DNA of 60,752 bases, filler included, from Circinaria calcarea (GCA_051942165.1; 7 parts of 7 records of this genome joined end to end with filler, not necessarily neighbours in it), one strand, 5' to 3'; numbered from the whole stretch's first letter, positions 31,823 through 43,495 are shown. Notes: generated by a model not told the origin, from the sequence alone. A program made the numbers and translations.

Positions 31823-34701
31823 TCATTGTGTTTGCGCCACCGCAACTGCTCCCTCCATCTTCCTCAAGCCCACCTTTCCTGTCTCATCAATGTATGTCTC
31901 GTAGCCTTTTTTGTGTAGGACCTCGTTCGGCACAGCCTTTCTTGCCTCCAGTTGCTCCACAATCTCCTGGTTCTCTTTGTTACATTCCAGGAGAAATCTC
32001 AGGCACATGATGGCGTGTTCGCGGATGTACGGATTGTTGGCGTCGAAGTTGCAGCAGCTAAGAACCATTTCAACACCCCCATATTGTCGTATCTGGTTCT
32101 GGACCACGACGGATTTCCAGACGAGGGAAGACAGGACCAGGACGACAAGCTTCTTCAGGTTTCTCCATTCAAACTCCGAGGGGTCTTGGTTATCGAGACC
32201 CTGCGAGGGAGTTTCCGAAGCCGAGGCAGGAGGGTATTCATTGGGGGGAAAGGCGCCGTCGCCTGATACGGGATCATATGGGCGTTCAACGGCCACAGAA
32301 CCCGGTGTAGAATTTTGACCGGCCGCGACGCCTTCCGCGGCTCCTTCAGCTTTGGCTACAGTCTGAGAAATTGGCCCCAAAGGTGCTTTGGGGATACTCG
32401 CGTCTAGCTCTCGGAGGAGGGTCACGAGTTCGCTGACGATCTCCCACTTGACAAGCAGTTCCTTCCAGACATCACTCTCAGTCAGAACAGCAAAGAACTC
32501 CAGGAACTGATAGACACCTTCATATACGCGTTCCATGTCCCAAAGGTTGAGTGGAAAATCTTCGGGCGTTGCTACTCCCACCCGAATCTGGCCTTGCAAA
32601 TAGATCAAGGCGCAAGTCTCCGGGATGATGGATTGTCGGAAGACAGTAAAGATGTAACGTACGACTAATAGGTCGACTCGAGTCGGAGCTTCCCGACGCG
32701 GAACCTGTCCTGACTGAGACGGAGCTGGAGCAAATACCAGCTGGGCAGTCCCCTCCGCTCCCGTCAGTGGTGGCAGGCCCTGCTTTTTCCGAAATATCTG
32801 CGTGAGTATCTTAATCACGATAGACTGAGCAGGAGACACAATGTCCTTCACTTCGCCAAACGTTTGATAGGCGAATGGCATCAAACCGTTTTGTAGGATA
32901 GCTTCCATAATCTGCATCATCAGCTTAAAGTAGAATTCATCCTCCTGCAGATCCCACGCTGCGATGAATATGAGCAGCTCTCTTAAGAGGTTTCGCCCAG
33001 CCTCTTGCGCCAATAGAATATTGCACCTTACAGCTTGCATATTTTGCATCTCTTTCGCTTCGGCAACGTTCTTTGGGTTGCGTCCATTGGAAATCCCAGC
33101 TTGGATGATCATCGGCAGAGCTTCAATTTCCTGCGGTCCAACTACAAGCGGTATGTCTGTGAGTAATCCTCGTTCCTGATCTCCAGGCCCATGGTACTCG
33201 TCATCTTCTTCGTCGTCTTCATCATCTTCTTCTTCCTCCTCTTCTTCCTCGTCCTCGTCCTCCTCCTCGACACTACCGTCTGCAGCTACGTCGGACCCTT
33301 GGACGTCGGCATCGTCACTCCCCTGTTGCTCCTCACCATTCTCGTAATTCTCTTCCCCGTCTTGCTCTTCTCCTTCAAGTGGAAATGCAGACGAGTCGTG
33401 TAATCGAGACATTAATTGATGCTTAGCTTCTCTCAATGTCTCAGCAGCGGATTGGGGTGTGCGGCCGATCTTCATATCGTCTTCTTGAATCTCAGTACCC
33501 CGAGGATCTGAGTAAAGCATCGAGTCTGGTAAGGCAACCAAGTTCCATGCCTGCTTCTGAGATCGGTCCAGTGCTGTGTTCTCTAGAAATGGCGTTCGGT
33601 GAACACGATCGACATCCTGGTCAGACGAACCTGCCACCGAACGCTTTTGACCGAGTGTCTGATCCACCAGCCCACGGACGGTTTTCATTACTTCCGAAGC
33701 AAGGCGAGCTGCTTCGTCCGGCTCAAAAGCACCCGTCGGGCGACCGGTAGCCCCGAGTGCTGTCAAAGCTAGATTCAAGTCATCTACAGTTGGAAAGCCC
33801 ATACGAGCTCGGCGGGCGACATCGCCTTCTCCTGTAAACTCTTCGGACCCTGTAAATCCCTCGGGAGGAAGCACAGGATTGTGAATTCCATTCTGCTGAA
33901 GTTGAGAATTTCCAAGGGAGTGGGGATCCGAAGATCGCGAGTTGCCGAAGAGGTCAAGCCACAAAAGCAGCTTACGGTGTTCGTTGTGCATTACCAGATT
34001 ATGTAGGAATTGTAGGCAGGTGATGAGGAGTTTCTTGTCTAGCCATTATATCATAAGCCTTGTGGCCGGGTACCATATCTCAAGGAGTTGAAATGAAACC
34101 ATGATGTTGGGGAGCCCATAATGAATAACGGGACACTTACATGCCCCTACAACGTTTGCCCATTGCGTCTCCGTTCGACCACCGGCCTCCCCATCATAGC
34201 CACGAGCGGTAATGCGTACACAAACGTCAATATATTTGAGGATTTGCTGGTCAAACCCTGCATCAGCGGCGAGATTCTGGGCCTTTACAGTCGTTGCAAG
34301 CATGTTCCGTGCAATGGTCAAAAGATCGTTGAGTCGCTCAAGATCCTTCAACAACGTGGCATGATTCAGAGCCATCAGCGCCGAGGATGAACCATTGCAA
34401 TCTACGCTTGGGGGATCTTGGGTAGCGAATGACTGCTGCTCAAGCACAGGTAGAGCTTGAGAAAAACACGAGGTAAAATCAGTCCACACATCAGGAGAAG
34501 TACCCAGGAAGAGTCTACAGAGAGAGAGAGAGAGAGTCAGTCATCCGTCAAGCAGGACAGAAGGGGGAATGCTACATACCTGGTCTCAGGTTCCCGTTGG
34601 CTCTTCCGCAGTATTTTCTTTCCCGAATCTAGTGCCTTCTCCCAAGCCCCGTCTGTCAGAGTCTTGCGGTGTCTGAATAGACCTTCGGTGAAAGCTAAAA
34701 C
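31823..34701 (-). CDS. CTR86: Ataxin-10-domain protein (Ctr86 homolog), 5'-truncated
   Basis: C-terminal Atx10 signature VQNQIRQYGGVEMVLSCCNFDANNPYIREHAIMCLRFLLECNKENQEIVEQLE; N-terminal LTIARNMLATTVKAQNLA; internal acidic tract. Introns at ~34040-34136 and ~34500-34579. Confidence 0.88.
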
Positions 34702-34801
34702 NNNNNNNNNNNNNNNNNNNNNNNNNNNNNNNNNNNNNNNNNNNNTTAATTAATTAANNNNNNNNNNNNNNNNNNNNNNNNNNNNNNNNNNNNNNNNNNN
34801 N
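34702..34801. other. Artificial contig linker
   Basis: N44-TTAATTAATTAA-N44. Confidence 0.99.
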
Positions 34802-35168
34802 ACTCGTCCCCTTTTATGGGGCGAATTTCGGCACAATGGCCACCCCCGCGCTCGTGGTGTGCGGCGACGAGGACGTCAGTCCCCATTTGACGATCCGCGG
34901 CAGCGACTGGCACGCCGACCCGTACACGCTTGCTCCGGGACCGAAGGATCTGCTGACGCTCAAGGGCGCCAGACACGGGCTCGGGGGTATCAGCGGGTGG
35001 GATGCGGGCGAGACGTTGGATGAGAGTCCGGAGCGGTTGGCGGTAGTGCAGAGGATGACGTGGGCGTATCTGAGGAGTCAGTTATACGAGGGAGATGGGG
35101 CTTGGGCGGAGGCTTGTAAAGTTTTCGAGGGGCTGGAGGGACAGGGGAAGGTCGAGAGGAAAAAGTAA
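34802..35168 (+). CDS. Alpha/beta hydrolase (chlorophyllase/PAF-AH-like family), C-terminal part
   Basis: PALVVCGDEDVSPHL...WHADPYTLAPGPKDLLTLKGARHGLGGISGWDAGET...LAVVQRMTWAYLRSQL carries the catalytic Asp and His positions. TAA at 35166-35168. Confidence 0.8.
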
Positions 35169-35753
35169 AACGGAAGTTATTTGCGCTATTTCTACCATTT
35201 AGCATCCGTTCGTTCCTCGAACTTATCTTTAATCTGATGAAAATTCAGAAACGATACCGAGTATTTAATCTTTTCGTATACAAATTTCAGTGAACTTCTG
35301 GGGGACGGCATATATTATTATCCTCTGCAGGTATCTATCATCAACGAACCTGCATAGAGCTTTTTCGTCTCAAACTCGCAAGGGCAAAAGAGCGAGAGCG
35401 AGCAGCTGAAAGCAGGAAGTAGCTGACACCTCCATGCGGGAGCATAGAGAGAGAGCATGGTGAAGCAGAGAGGGAGGCAGATGAACAAAATAATTTTTAG
35501 CGGAAAAGCAAAGCGGCGGGTCCTTAATTATGGTAGGCGAGAGTCACGTAGGTATTTGTACTTGGTAATTTCAACCCCTAGTTAATTTGATCACTTTTCA
35601 TAGCAATCCATATAGATTATGATCGTGTGTGACGGTGGTGGATTGACGGTGACTTGATATACTAGATTTACGGTACGTGTTTTGTGTAGTAGCTTTGCAT
35701 GGAATTTTCCCTGGGGAATATGGTAGATACATAAGCGAGCCCATTGCTTAGTA

Positions 35754-36034
35754 CTAGTGAACCGGGGTGACTATTTACACCCCGCCTCGATTGGAGAGAA
35801 CAGGAGGGGGCAGCCGCGGGACCACCAAAGAGTAGCGCTGTTGGGATTTGAACCCAATTTCCGACATTTCGATTGCGCTTCCATGGTATTGTTTTATTTT
35901 TTTTGGCAGCAGAACTTTGGTCGGATCGGCATGGGTTAAACCCTTATACTTTGTACCTCCTTTTTTAGGGCACCTTGGATGGCAAGCCCAAAAGTGAGAC
36001 ATGCTTTACATACTTTGCCGGAATATTAATAGGA
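35754..36034 (-). mobile_element. Candidate non-autonomous Helitron (~280 bp)
   Basis: The minus strand starts TCCTATTAATA and ends with the hairpin CGGGGTG-taaatagt-CACCCCG followed by GTTCA-CTAG|T. The 5' flank is G rather than the canonical A. Confidence 0.45.
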
Positions 36035-37339
36035 CCACAACCTCTTCGTACCAGTGCACGGTTGCAAGAAGCGCGACCAAAAAACGGAACAAAGCATACT
36101 CTGCCATCTCCACCCGCAGCCAACTCTCCTGACCCAAAGGTACTTTAACTGTCGCGAAGCCCGCCAAGTTGAGAGTGCCCACAATGGAGACCGCAGAAGC
36201 AGAGGCGCATTCTTCTATTACCGTTTCTGTTGGTATCGCAATTACACAGGCTTCCTTCAAGACTGGCCTTGCAAGCTACAGTGAGCGAGCCCTTTAACTT
36301 TACAGTTTCATGAGCTCAAGTCCCCTAGGATACTGGTATCCAGTCATGCAAGCATTTCGTTCGGTCAATGAACAGCGAGCTTGGCGTGGAAGCCCGCATT
36401 TTTCGGAAGAGCTTCTTCTCATCCTCCAGACGTATCTTAGGGCTGAGGGAGACGATATTGGTCGCCAGACATGTAAAGACGTCATCTCCGACCATGTAAG
36501 CTTCCATTACCATTCATGATGAGCCGTAGCCCGGTACACACACGCTGATTACAGCAGGATCACAAACTGATAGATAAGAACTTCTCGCTCACCATCCAAA
36601 GTATTCCGGTCACATGGGAACAAATCCCACACCTATATCTTTGCATACCGTGGGATCTTTGCCACAAATCCTCAATTTCAAAATGTGGTATGCCTCAATC
36701 TGGCAAGTGTTGTAAGGGCGCGGTAACCTCAGCTTCTCAAAGTGTGACTGCTGGCTCCGACGGGATCAACAGGGCACGGAATTCAGAGGCTTTCCTCGTG
36801 GACCAGGATCTACAGATCACGAGGAAAAAAATTCTTTCCATCAACAAAGCTATACGAGACTTGGGTTTAACAGTCTACAATTCGGAACAACGCTTCACTC
36901 GCTTTACGGAATGTGACGTTTCTACCACATTTGAGGACGTCCAATTCAGATTGTCTAGTCCCCCACAAGGAGGGAAATTGTGGATCCCACGCGTCATCGT
37001 ATTGCAGCAGACAGAGCTCGTGCTACGAAAGGTGGAGGAGGAGGATTACTAAATCTGCTTCTTCATTGTCGTCTATCAAAGTCCGAGAATATGCATCAGT
37101 CTGCGCTGGAAAGCGAAGAGGCATTGGCTAAGCAGGCTCGCACAGACGATATAAAGTGGCGTGGAACAAAAAGATGATTGGAAGACATGCCCATAGATTA
37201 GATTAATCTACAGACCAGCATTGTCGATACGTCAGCCACCGTATCCGTTTCTCGAAGATTGTTTTAATACCAGAATTCCCTTTCGATCTGGACCAAATAA
37301 ATGGGTTATTCAAGACCGTAGGCACTGCAACAGCTGTAA

Positions 37340-37401
37340 TGTCTACTGGTCTGGACTGCATTCTGGACCGCCAGTTCAGGGCTGGACTACTGGCGGCCCT
37401 G
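37340..37401. mobile_element. Terminal fragment of the hAT-like element also found at 55903-56252
   Basis: GTCTGGACTGCATTCTGGACCGCCAGTTCAG..GCTGGACTACTGGCGGCCCTG aligns with 56193-56252. Confidence 0.75.
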
Positions 37402-38071
37402 ATACAGATAGTCGAGAATGTCAGAATCCCTCATATCGCTCTTCCATGCCTACCTGGATTTGCACGTGTCATGCGATTCTCAACTCTTCCCACCCTCCTT
37501 AATGTTAGCAACATGTCTCCTTCTCGGCTGCTACATCCCCTCTGCAGCTGCTACTGCCTATGCTGAAGTTATAGTAGGAGAAGAGAAATACGCCATGATA
37601 CAATACTGTGGGTTTAGTACGAGTGGGGCTGGTATGCCAACCCATTGAAGACAGCGAATAAATTAAAATATTTGACAGTGTATATGTATCGGGATGGTTT
37701 GTATTTGTTGCTTCACAAGGGGTTGATGGGTCGGGATGTAGACTCGAGAAGAGAATGTCTGGCAGCAGATAATATGGGTTGAATATTTCAATCAATAACG
37801 AAAGTGCAGTTTGGCACCGACATGTCGGATCCCCAGACCTCCCGCCATCATCGTATCCCGTGAGTGTTGCTTATATTTGACCTTCATGAACTTGGCCTTC
37901 CTTCTGAAGGTATCGGGGATAGCTAACTGTCACGCCATGGTTGAGAATACTCAACCGGCATAGTCAACTAGGAACCCCTTCGGTTCACAATCTTTCAAAA
38001 AGAACCGTTCCCTTGCCTTCTACAACTTATAATCTGGGCTTCGGAACGTGCTGTGCCAAGTTTTAAAGCTG

Positions 38072-38895
38072 TTATGCCGCCGTGCCCGCCTGTGCTGCAG
38101 CCTTGACCCAAGTCTCTCTTTCCTGTAACCCCATGAACCACTTATCCACGTTCGGATACTTTTCGAATGTTCCTTTGTATCCAAATGCCTTCAAAGCCGA
38201 CCCATTAGGTAAGTGAAATAAGTCAACCAAGGTCAGTTCGTCTCCAGCAAGATATTTCTGTTTAGCTAGAACCTCTTCATAGTAAACGAAAACTCCATTA
38301 AGATCAGCTTCGGCTTGAGCGACTCTTGCTTCATCTGGCGGACCAAGACCCTTCATTCTATTCAAAAATTCCGGTTAACGACTCTGCAAAAGAGAACAGG
38401 ATATCCGCGAAGGGTCAAGAAACCACATACTTTTTGATGATAAGCTCCGTTCCAATTGTCTCAGAAGCGGCGGCAAAGTAGCTTTGTTCGACGGAACAAG
38501 CTTGTTCGAAAAGACCATAGACCTTGGCATCGCCCTCTGGGATTAATTTCGTCCCGGAAGTGTACTTTCTAAAACACCAGGACATCAATTAAGACCCGGA
38601 ATCTCTGCTTTTCCTTCCCGTCCTTTTCATATCAAACACCCAACCGAAAACACGCCGGTGAAGACAAGACTGACCGTGCAAGGTACTTGCAAATCGCCCT
38701 ACTCTCGAAGATGAGAAAGCCGTCATCCTCCAACGCAGGCACCTTGCCAAAAGGCTGCAGCTTCTTATAGGCCTCGCTCTTCTGGTCTCCCTTTGCAATA
38801 TCAACGAGGATGTGTTCATACGGTAAATCCTTCTCTAGAATCGTGACCAAGACACGGGCAAAGGACATGGCGGAGCCATAGAGTTTGAGAACCAT
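38072..38895 (-). CDS. Glutathione S-transferase (Phi-like), 3 exons
   Basis: MVLKLYG...KLQPFGKVPALEDDGFLIFESRAICKYLAR|KY...FEQACSVEQSYF...|...YLAGDELTLVDLFHLP...YPNVDKWF. Confidence 0.93.
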
Positions 38896-39181
38896 TTTCG
38901 CGGTCGGATATGCCGTATACAGCAGTGATTATTATAGGTGTTCTAATAAATCGAAAAGAACTGATAGTACAACTGCGACGGCGCCAGCCATAAGTTTTAT
39001 CAACAGCTCTTCGGCCTACGGATAGAATAAAGTTCCGTCGGCTTGAGAACCAACAATGTAAGCACTAGAAGGGCGTTTAAAGCCGTTGCTCTGGGGGAAT
39101 GGACCGTGCGTTTTCTTGGGTACAAGGCTAGAGTATGCACGAAATGCACGGTCTAATTCCGCCAGAGCAACAGAATAAGTA

Positions 39182-39434
39182 CGGTGGCATGATTGAACAT
39201 TAGTACGGTGGCATGAATGGACCTTACGGCAACAATAAAATTTCGAAATTTTTTTTGGAACTTTTCTTTTCGGAAAACCAAAATCGCTTTTCGACTTCGC
39301 GCACTCCAGCTTCTGTCTTTCCTACTATAGTAATTACTATGGCAGCAGCGACAGCGTATGGAATTAGATAGGTAGCTTGAGATAATACTATTGCGAAAGC
39401 AAATCTCTGCCACTTGCGCTGCAGTCATTCACTC
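39182..39434. mobile_element. TA-flanked Tc1/mariner-like element end, with a duplicated terminus; same family as 59108-59325
   Basis: TA|CGGTGGCATGA occurs at 39182 and 39206. About 230 bp then align with 59108-59325 (e.g. GGAAAACCAAAATCGCTTTTC..CTTCGCGCAC, ATAGTAATTACTATGGCAGCAGCGACAGCG, TCATTCACTC). Confidence 0.8.
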
Positions 39435-39748
39435 GTAAATTCATAGTAGATTGCGAAACCTTCGCTGAATAATAAATAAATAGTATAACTGTGGAAACCA
39501 AAGCGCCTCCGCCTAACCCTTGCGGAGATCGCCAAAAAAAAACCACCCCCTCGAAAAAGCGCCCATTATTTATGAACCAGCGATATCTAGTAGAATCGGG
39601 ATAGAAGTCTAATAATGCTACTTTTGGTGGTATAGTGGTTCCCTACCTTCTATGTTTCACATATATAGAGCCTCCAAATGGTCTGGTGAATTAGATCAAT
39701 TAGTCGTGCTGCTGGCTCGGCAGAATACTTAACCACAAATTAAATGTC

Positions 39749-40310
39749 CGGCGAATATCTGCCACGCACCCCGAAGATGCCATTCACTTCTCCCACGCAC
39801 CCTACCGTATCAGCCACGCACCCCCTAACCCTTTATTACTTTCACGCACCCCTCCTCCTTTCACCGACGCACCCCTTCGATTATTCTTGCCGCCGGAACC
39901 TCTGAAGTCTACGGAATCGCTCAGTAGCCTAACCTATTCGAGTAAGAAACCAGTCGGGCAGGCGGAGGAAGACGCAGTTATCTATGGCAGAATCAGTAAA
40001 ACTACCGGCCAGAAAGCAAGAGAAGAGAGAAAAGAAAAAAATTTAGCTGTATTAATTAATTAAAAACAATGTATTGATTCTAGCACTTGCAAAGCGTAAT
40101 ATTGCGTTTAATATATATAGTTGAATACGAAATGCGCGATTGATATTATTCGTGTCGGATTATCTATTTTCCGAGTATTGCCGAGGGTGCGTGGGAGTAA
40201 TATATTAGGGTGCGTGGGCGAAAGAAAAGGGGGGGGGGTGCGTGGCTGATATGGTAGGGTGCGTGGGAGAAATGAATGGCATCTTCGGGGTGCGTGGCAG
40301 ATATTCGCCG
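39749..40310. mobile_element. Mutator-like (MULE) non-autonomous element, 562 bp, long TIRs with ACGCACCC subrepeats, 9-bp TSD TTAAATGTC
   Basis: CGGCGAATATCTGCCACGCACCCCGAAGATGCCATTCA.. is present at both ends in inverted orientation. The TSD is identical at 39740-39748 and 40311-40319. About five ACGCACCC units per end. Confidence 0.93.
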
Positions 40311-40381
40311 TTAAATGTCGTAAAGATTATATAAGATAGTGCATGGTGTAAAGGAAATAATACACAACCGCTTTTCCTATT

Positions 40382-42821
40382 CTATAAAATCAGAAACCAA
40401 TAGCCTGTGCGTACCACAGCTTGATTGACAGCACATTCAAAACAACAATCCTCTCCGCGTAAAAGAATCTGGTCAATACCCTTCATCGTAGGGAAGATGG
40501 AAGCGCGTGTATGTATAGCTAACAGTGCGCGCCATCGAGCGCATGAGTTATGCGCCGTCAGACAAACGAATATTCTTGCGCTTTCCTTCAGGTCCGACAT
40601 GTCAAGATCACCAAAACCAGCAACGGACACGCACGACAGCGGCAGCGTGATTGCTGAGCTGTTGTGATGGCAGGATTGAGTATGTTGAACACCCCACAGC
40701 GCCCCAAATAGCTCTCTGTACCCACTCCTTCTAGTTTCCAGATTTCCCTCGACTCTTCCTTTCAAGCCAATCCGCCTTGTTTCCGTATTAGGAGCCGTTT
40801 CTGTGCTGAAGCGAAGGGTGACGAGGAAACTTCCCTGTTGTTCTCCACAGAACGGCCGGTCGTAACGAACAGCGTTTGCACAACGGAGCGATTCTTCGGT
40901 GCCAGCAGCATGGACAATTTTCCATTCATCACCCCAAACCCCGATAGGGCCATCTATGATAGAATGCTTTCGGACTTCATTTCGACATGGAACACCTTTT
41001 TTGATCACAAAATATCCAGAATCGGTGAAACTCGGATCTGCATGGCCAAATGTACTCAAAAAGATACTCCATCCATGGTCGCTCACGAGACATGTCGATC
41101 TAGAATCCAAGGCGCCTTCACCTCCAATAAGCAATCGCGCTAGGACTAGAAACCAGGTGTCCTCCGGAATCCAAATTCTCGATGTACCGTCCCAATGCTT
41201 TAATCGATCAATTAAAACATGCTGACTCAGAAGCGGAAGATTGTGACGTAATGGAAGCTCCGTGCAGCTTTGTAGATCCCTCACAAAAGCGAAAGCAAGA
41301 ACAATAATACTTAAGTATCTCACTGTCTCAAACAGCTTGCTCCACAAATCTTCCTTGTTTATTCCTTTCAGATAATCCAGAATAAGCGTGATGGAGCCTG
41401 GTTGTTCCATATCCACATTCAATGGTTGGTGGGAGAATATCAAAACATGGCTTGCAATCGACTTCATATTTAATCCTGGGTTTTGGAATAAAAACCGGCC
41501 TGCTGCAATGATAGCTTGCTCTGATACCATACACTTCATATATTCCATTTGCCGCTCATCCTGATTGATAGTATTGTACTGTGGTGTACTGTCGGTAGGT
41601 ATATTTTTCAAATTGTCTCTTGTTATACCGCCTGGAAGTGAATCACCATTAGTAAGAGCAGAGAGTGGTTTTGTGAAAAGCTGCTTTGAGATAATTGCTG
41701 CAAAAGCCAGGGCCAATAAGGTTGATTCGTGAACAAGAGCTTCCCGTCCTTCTTCATTACCACATACAGACTCCAAGGCACCTCTGCCATAGCCTCCTGC
41801 AGGTCGTTTGAAGATAGCATCAACAGCCACTTCATCTGATTCTGATTTCAAGGTTATCAGCTCCTCATTATCAGAAACTGACAGCAGGGTGATTGAAGGC
41901 TGTTTAATTTCCAGTATGGAATTATCACCATTCCATAGGAGGGTTTTATCCCGAAGGTCTATGACAACGTTGTTCGTACCAATCCCAAATTGTTTCTCAA
42001 TAAGACTAGAGCTTGGACCATATCGCTTCACAAGAACTGTAAGACCCAGGACTTGATGTGCCCACACTACCAATGGGCAGGCTCCAGCATACATGCCTGT
42101 ATCAATCAGAATTATTCGATCATCAGGTAGGGATTGAACCAAAGGAAACATATGCACCGCTCCCTGAAGAACAGTAGATGGTATTGCGCTAAATGCGTCG
42201 TATTCGGCAATATCAAGGGCTCCTGCAGTGGCAAGGATCAGATTTCTCCAATTATACGAAGAGGTTTGATCTTCGCAAGCCCGAAGGACTCCATATATCC
42301 CTTCATAGCTCGGAGCTGCGCGAGCTTTTAGGTGTCGTTCAGCATGTTCAGCTTCTCGTTCGAAAATCTGGGCTAGAGCTGCAGCGAGGGAGTTCTTCTC
42401 ATGAATAGATGTTAAGAATGAGCACTGTATGACCACGGCAAAATACGGTGCTTGTGTCAGACCACGAAGAACCTTTGTTTAGAGAAGAAAACAGAGCGGT
42501 TAGTTTGTTAAAGCAGTAATCATCACCACGTGGCCAGAAACTCACAGTAGGGCCTGGCCCTCCCTCCAGCGTAAGACCCAGTAAAGTATTCAAGAGACTC
42601 GAGTCTTCTCTCGCTACTAACGTACGAAAAGATGTAGCCATCTGCGGGAAGATACGACATCTCCCAAAAAGAATGGCTAGATCTTCCTCGATAACTACGT
42701 CCGACCCGGAATTTCGGAGGGACCGAGCCAGGCTCATGAATGCATTAGACGTAGCAAGGCCAGTCGGGATTAAGCGGGTAAGCTCCAGGGATAATGAAAA
42801 CTGATTCGAAAAGGGGGGCAT
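40382..42821 (-). CDS. Uncharacterised fungal protein (~790 aa), 2 exons
   Basis: MPPFSNQFSLSLELTRLIP...GSDVVIEEDLAILFGRCRI...GPGPT|intron ~42474-42545|VLRGLTQAPYFAVVIQCSFL..., open through to ...ILLRGEDCCFECAVNQAVVRTGYWFLIL*. Confidence 0.8.
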
Positions 42822-43395
42822 GCTCGTGAGCGAGAGAAAGAGATGCTCATTAAATGATGTGACACACGATCAGAGCTTTGAAAAATGCTGAATCTCAACG
42901 AACTCCTCTTACTTTTGAGCACAGTCAATAGCTTTTTCTTTTGATTAGTAGCCTTGCACTAGATAAAAGGGACTGTTCGCCTAGGCGAGTCATTATATTC
43001 GGTCGCCTTTCGGCCGATTTCAGAGAACCCAATCAATATCCCTGCTTGCTCAGTAGCTAATGAAAACCGGCTGCGCCGAGAGTAGGCGAATGTTATAATT
43101 AGACGCGAGGCGGGGAAACGACGCGCTCCTATTCTTCTACCAAAAGTACAGTATATCTCAGCTATTCCCCTGAAACCCGGCACGCGGGTGAAAAAAAGTT
43201 CGGACGTTGCGGGGAAGAAGAAGGACGTGAGATACCGCGAAGGGGAAAGAGAAAAAAGTGGCCTGGGACTCGGGGACTCTGGGAAATTCCTTGTCCTTAA
43301 TACCCCATCCCATTCCCCTTTATGAACGTTATACCCCTGAAAACCCCCTCGCACACGCACACGCACACTATTTCCTAGCCCTAGCCCTTACTCCT

Positions 43396-43495
43396 NNNNN
43401 NNNNNNNNNNNNNNNNNNNNNNNNNNNNNNNNNNNNNNNTTAATTAATTAANNNNNNNNNNNNNNNNNNNNNNNNNNNNNNNNNNNNNNNNNNNN
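43396..43495. other. Artificial contig linker
   Basis: N44-TTAATTAATTAA-N44. Confidence 0.99.

Noticed and set aside
33190..33275. (TCT/TCC/TCG)n low-complexity tract and a hydrophobic + strand ORF (33191-33403)
   Set aside because: It is the antisense of the Asp/Glu-rich linker of CTR86.
39760..39876. ACGCACCC repeats with variable spacers, as a CRISPR-like array
   Set aside because: The repeats are only 8-9 bp, are mirrored at 40185-40297 and are enclosed by TIRs with a 9-bp TSD. The context is eukaryotic with no cas genes.
43375..43392. CCTAGC CCTAGC CCTTA and similar CCCTAAC-like words near contig ends (also ~60697-60730), as telomeres
   Set aside because: Only two or three degenerate units, not a (CCCTAA)n tract, and in the wrong orientation for a right-hand chromosome end.
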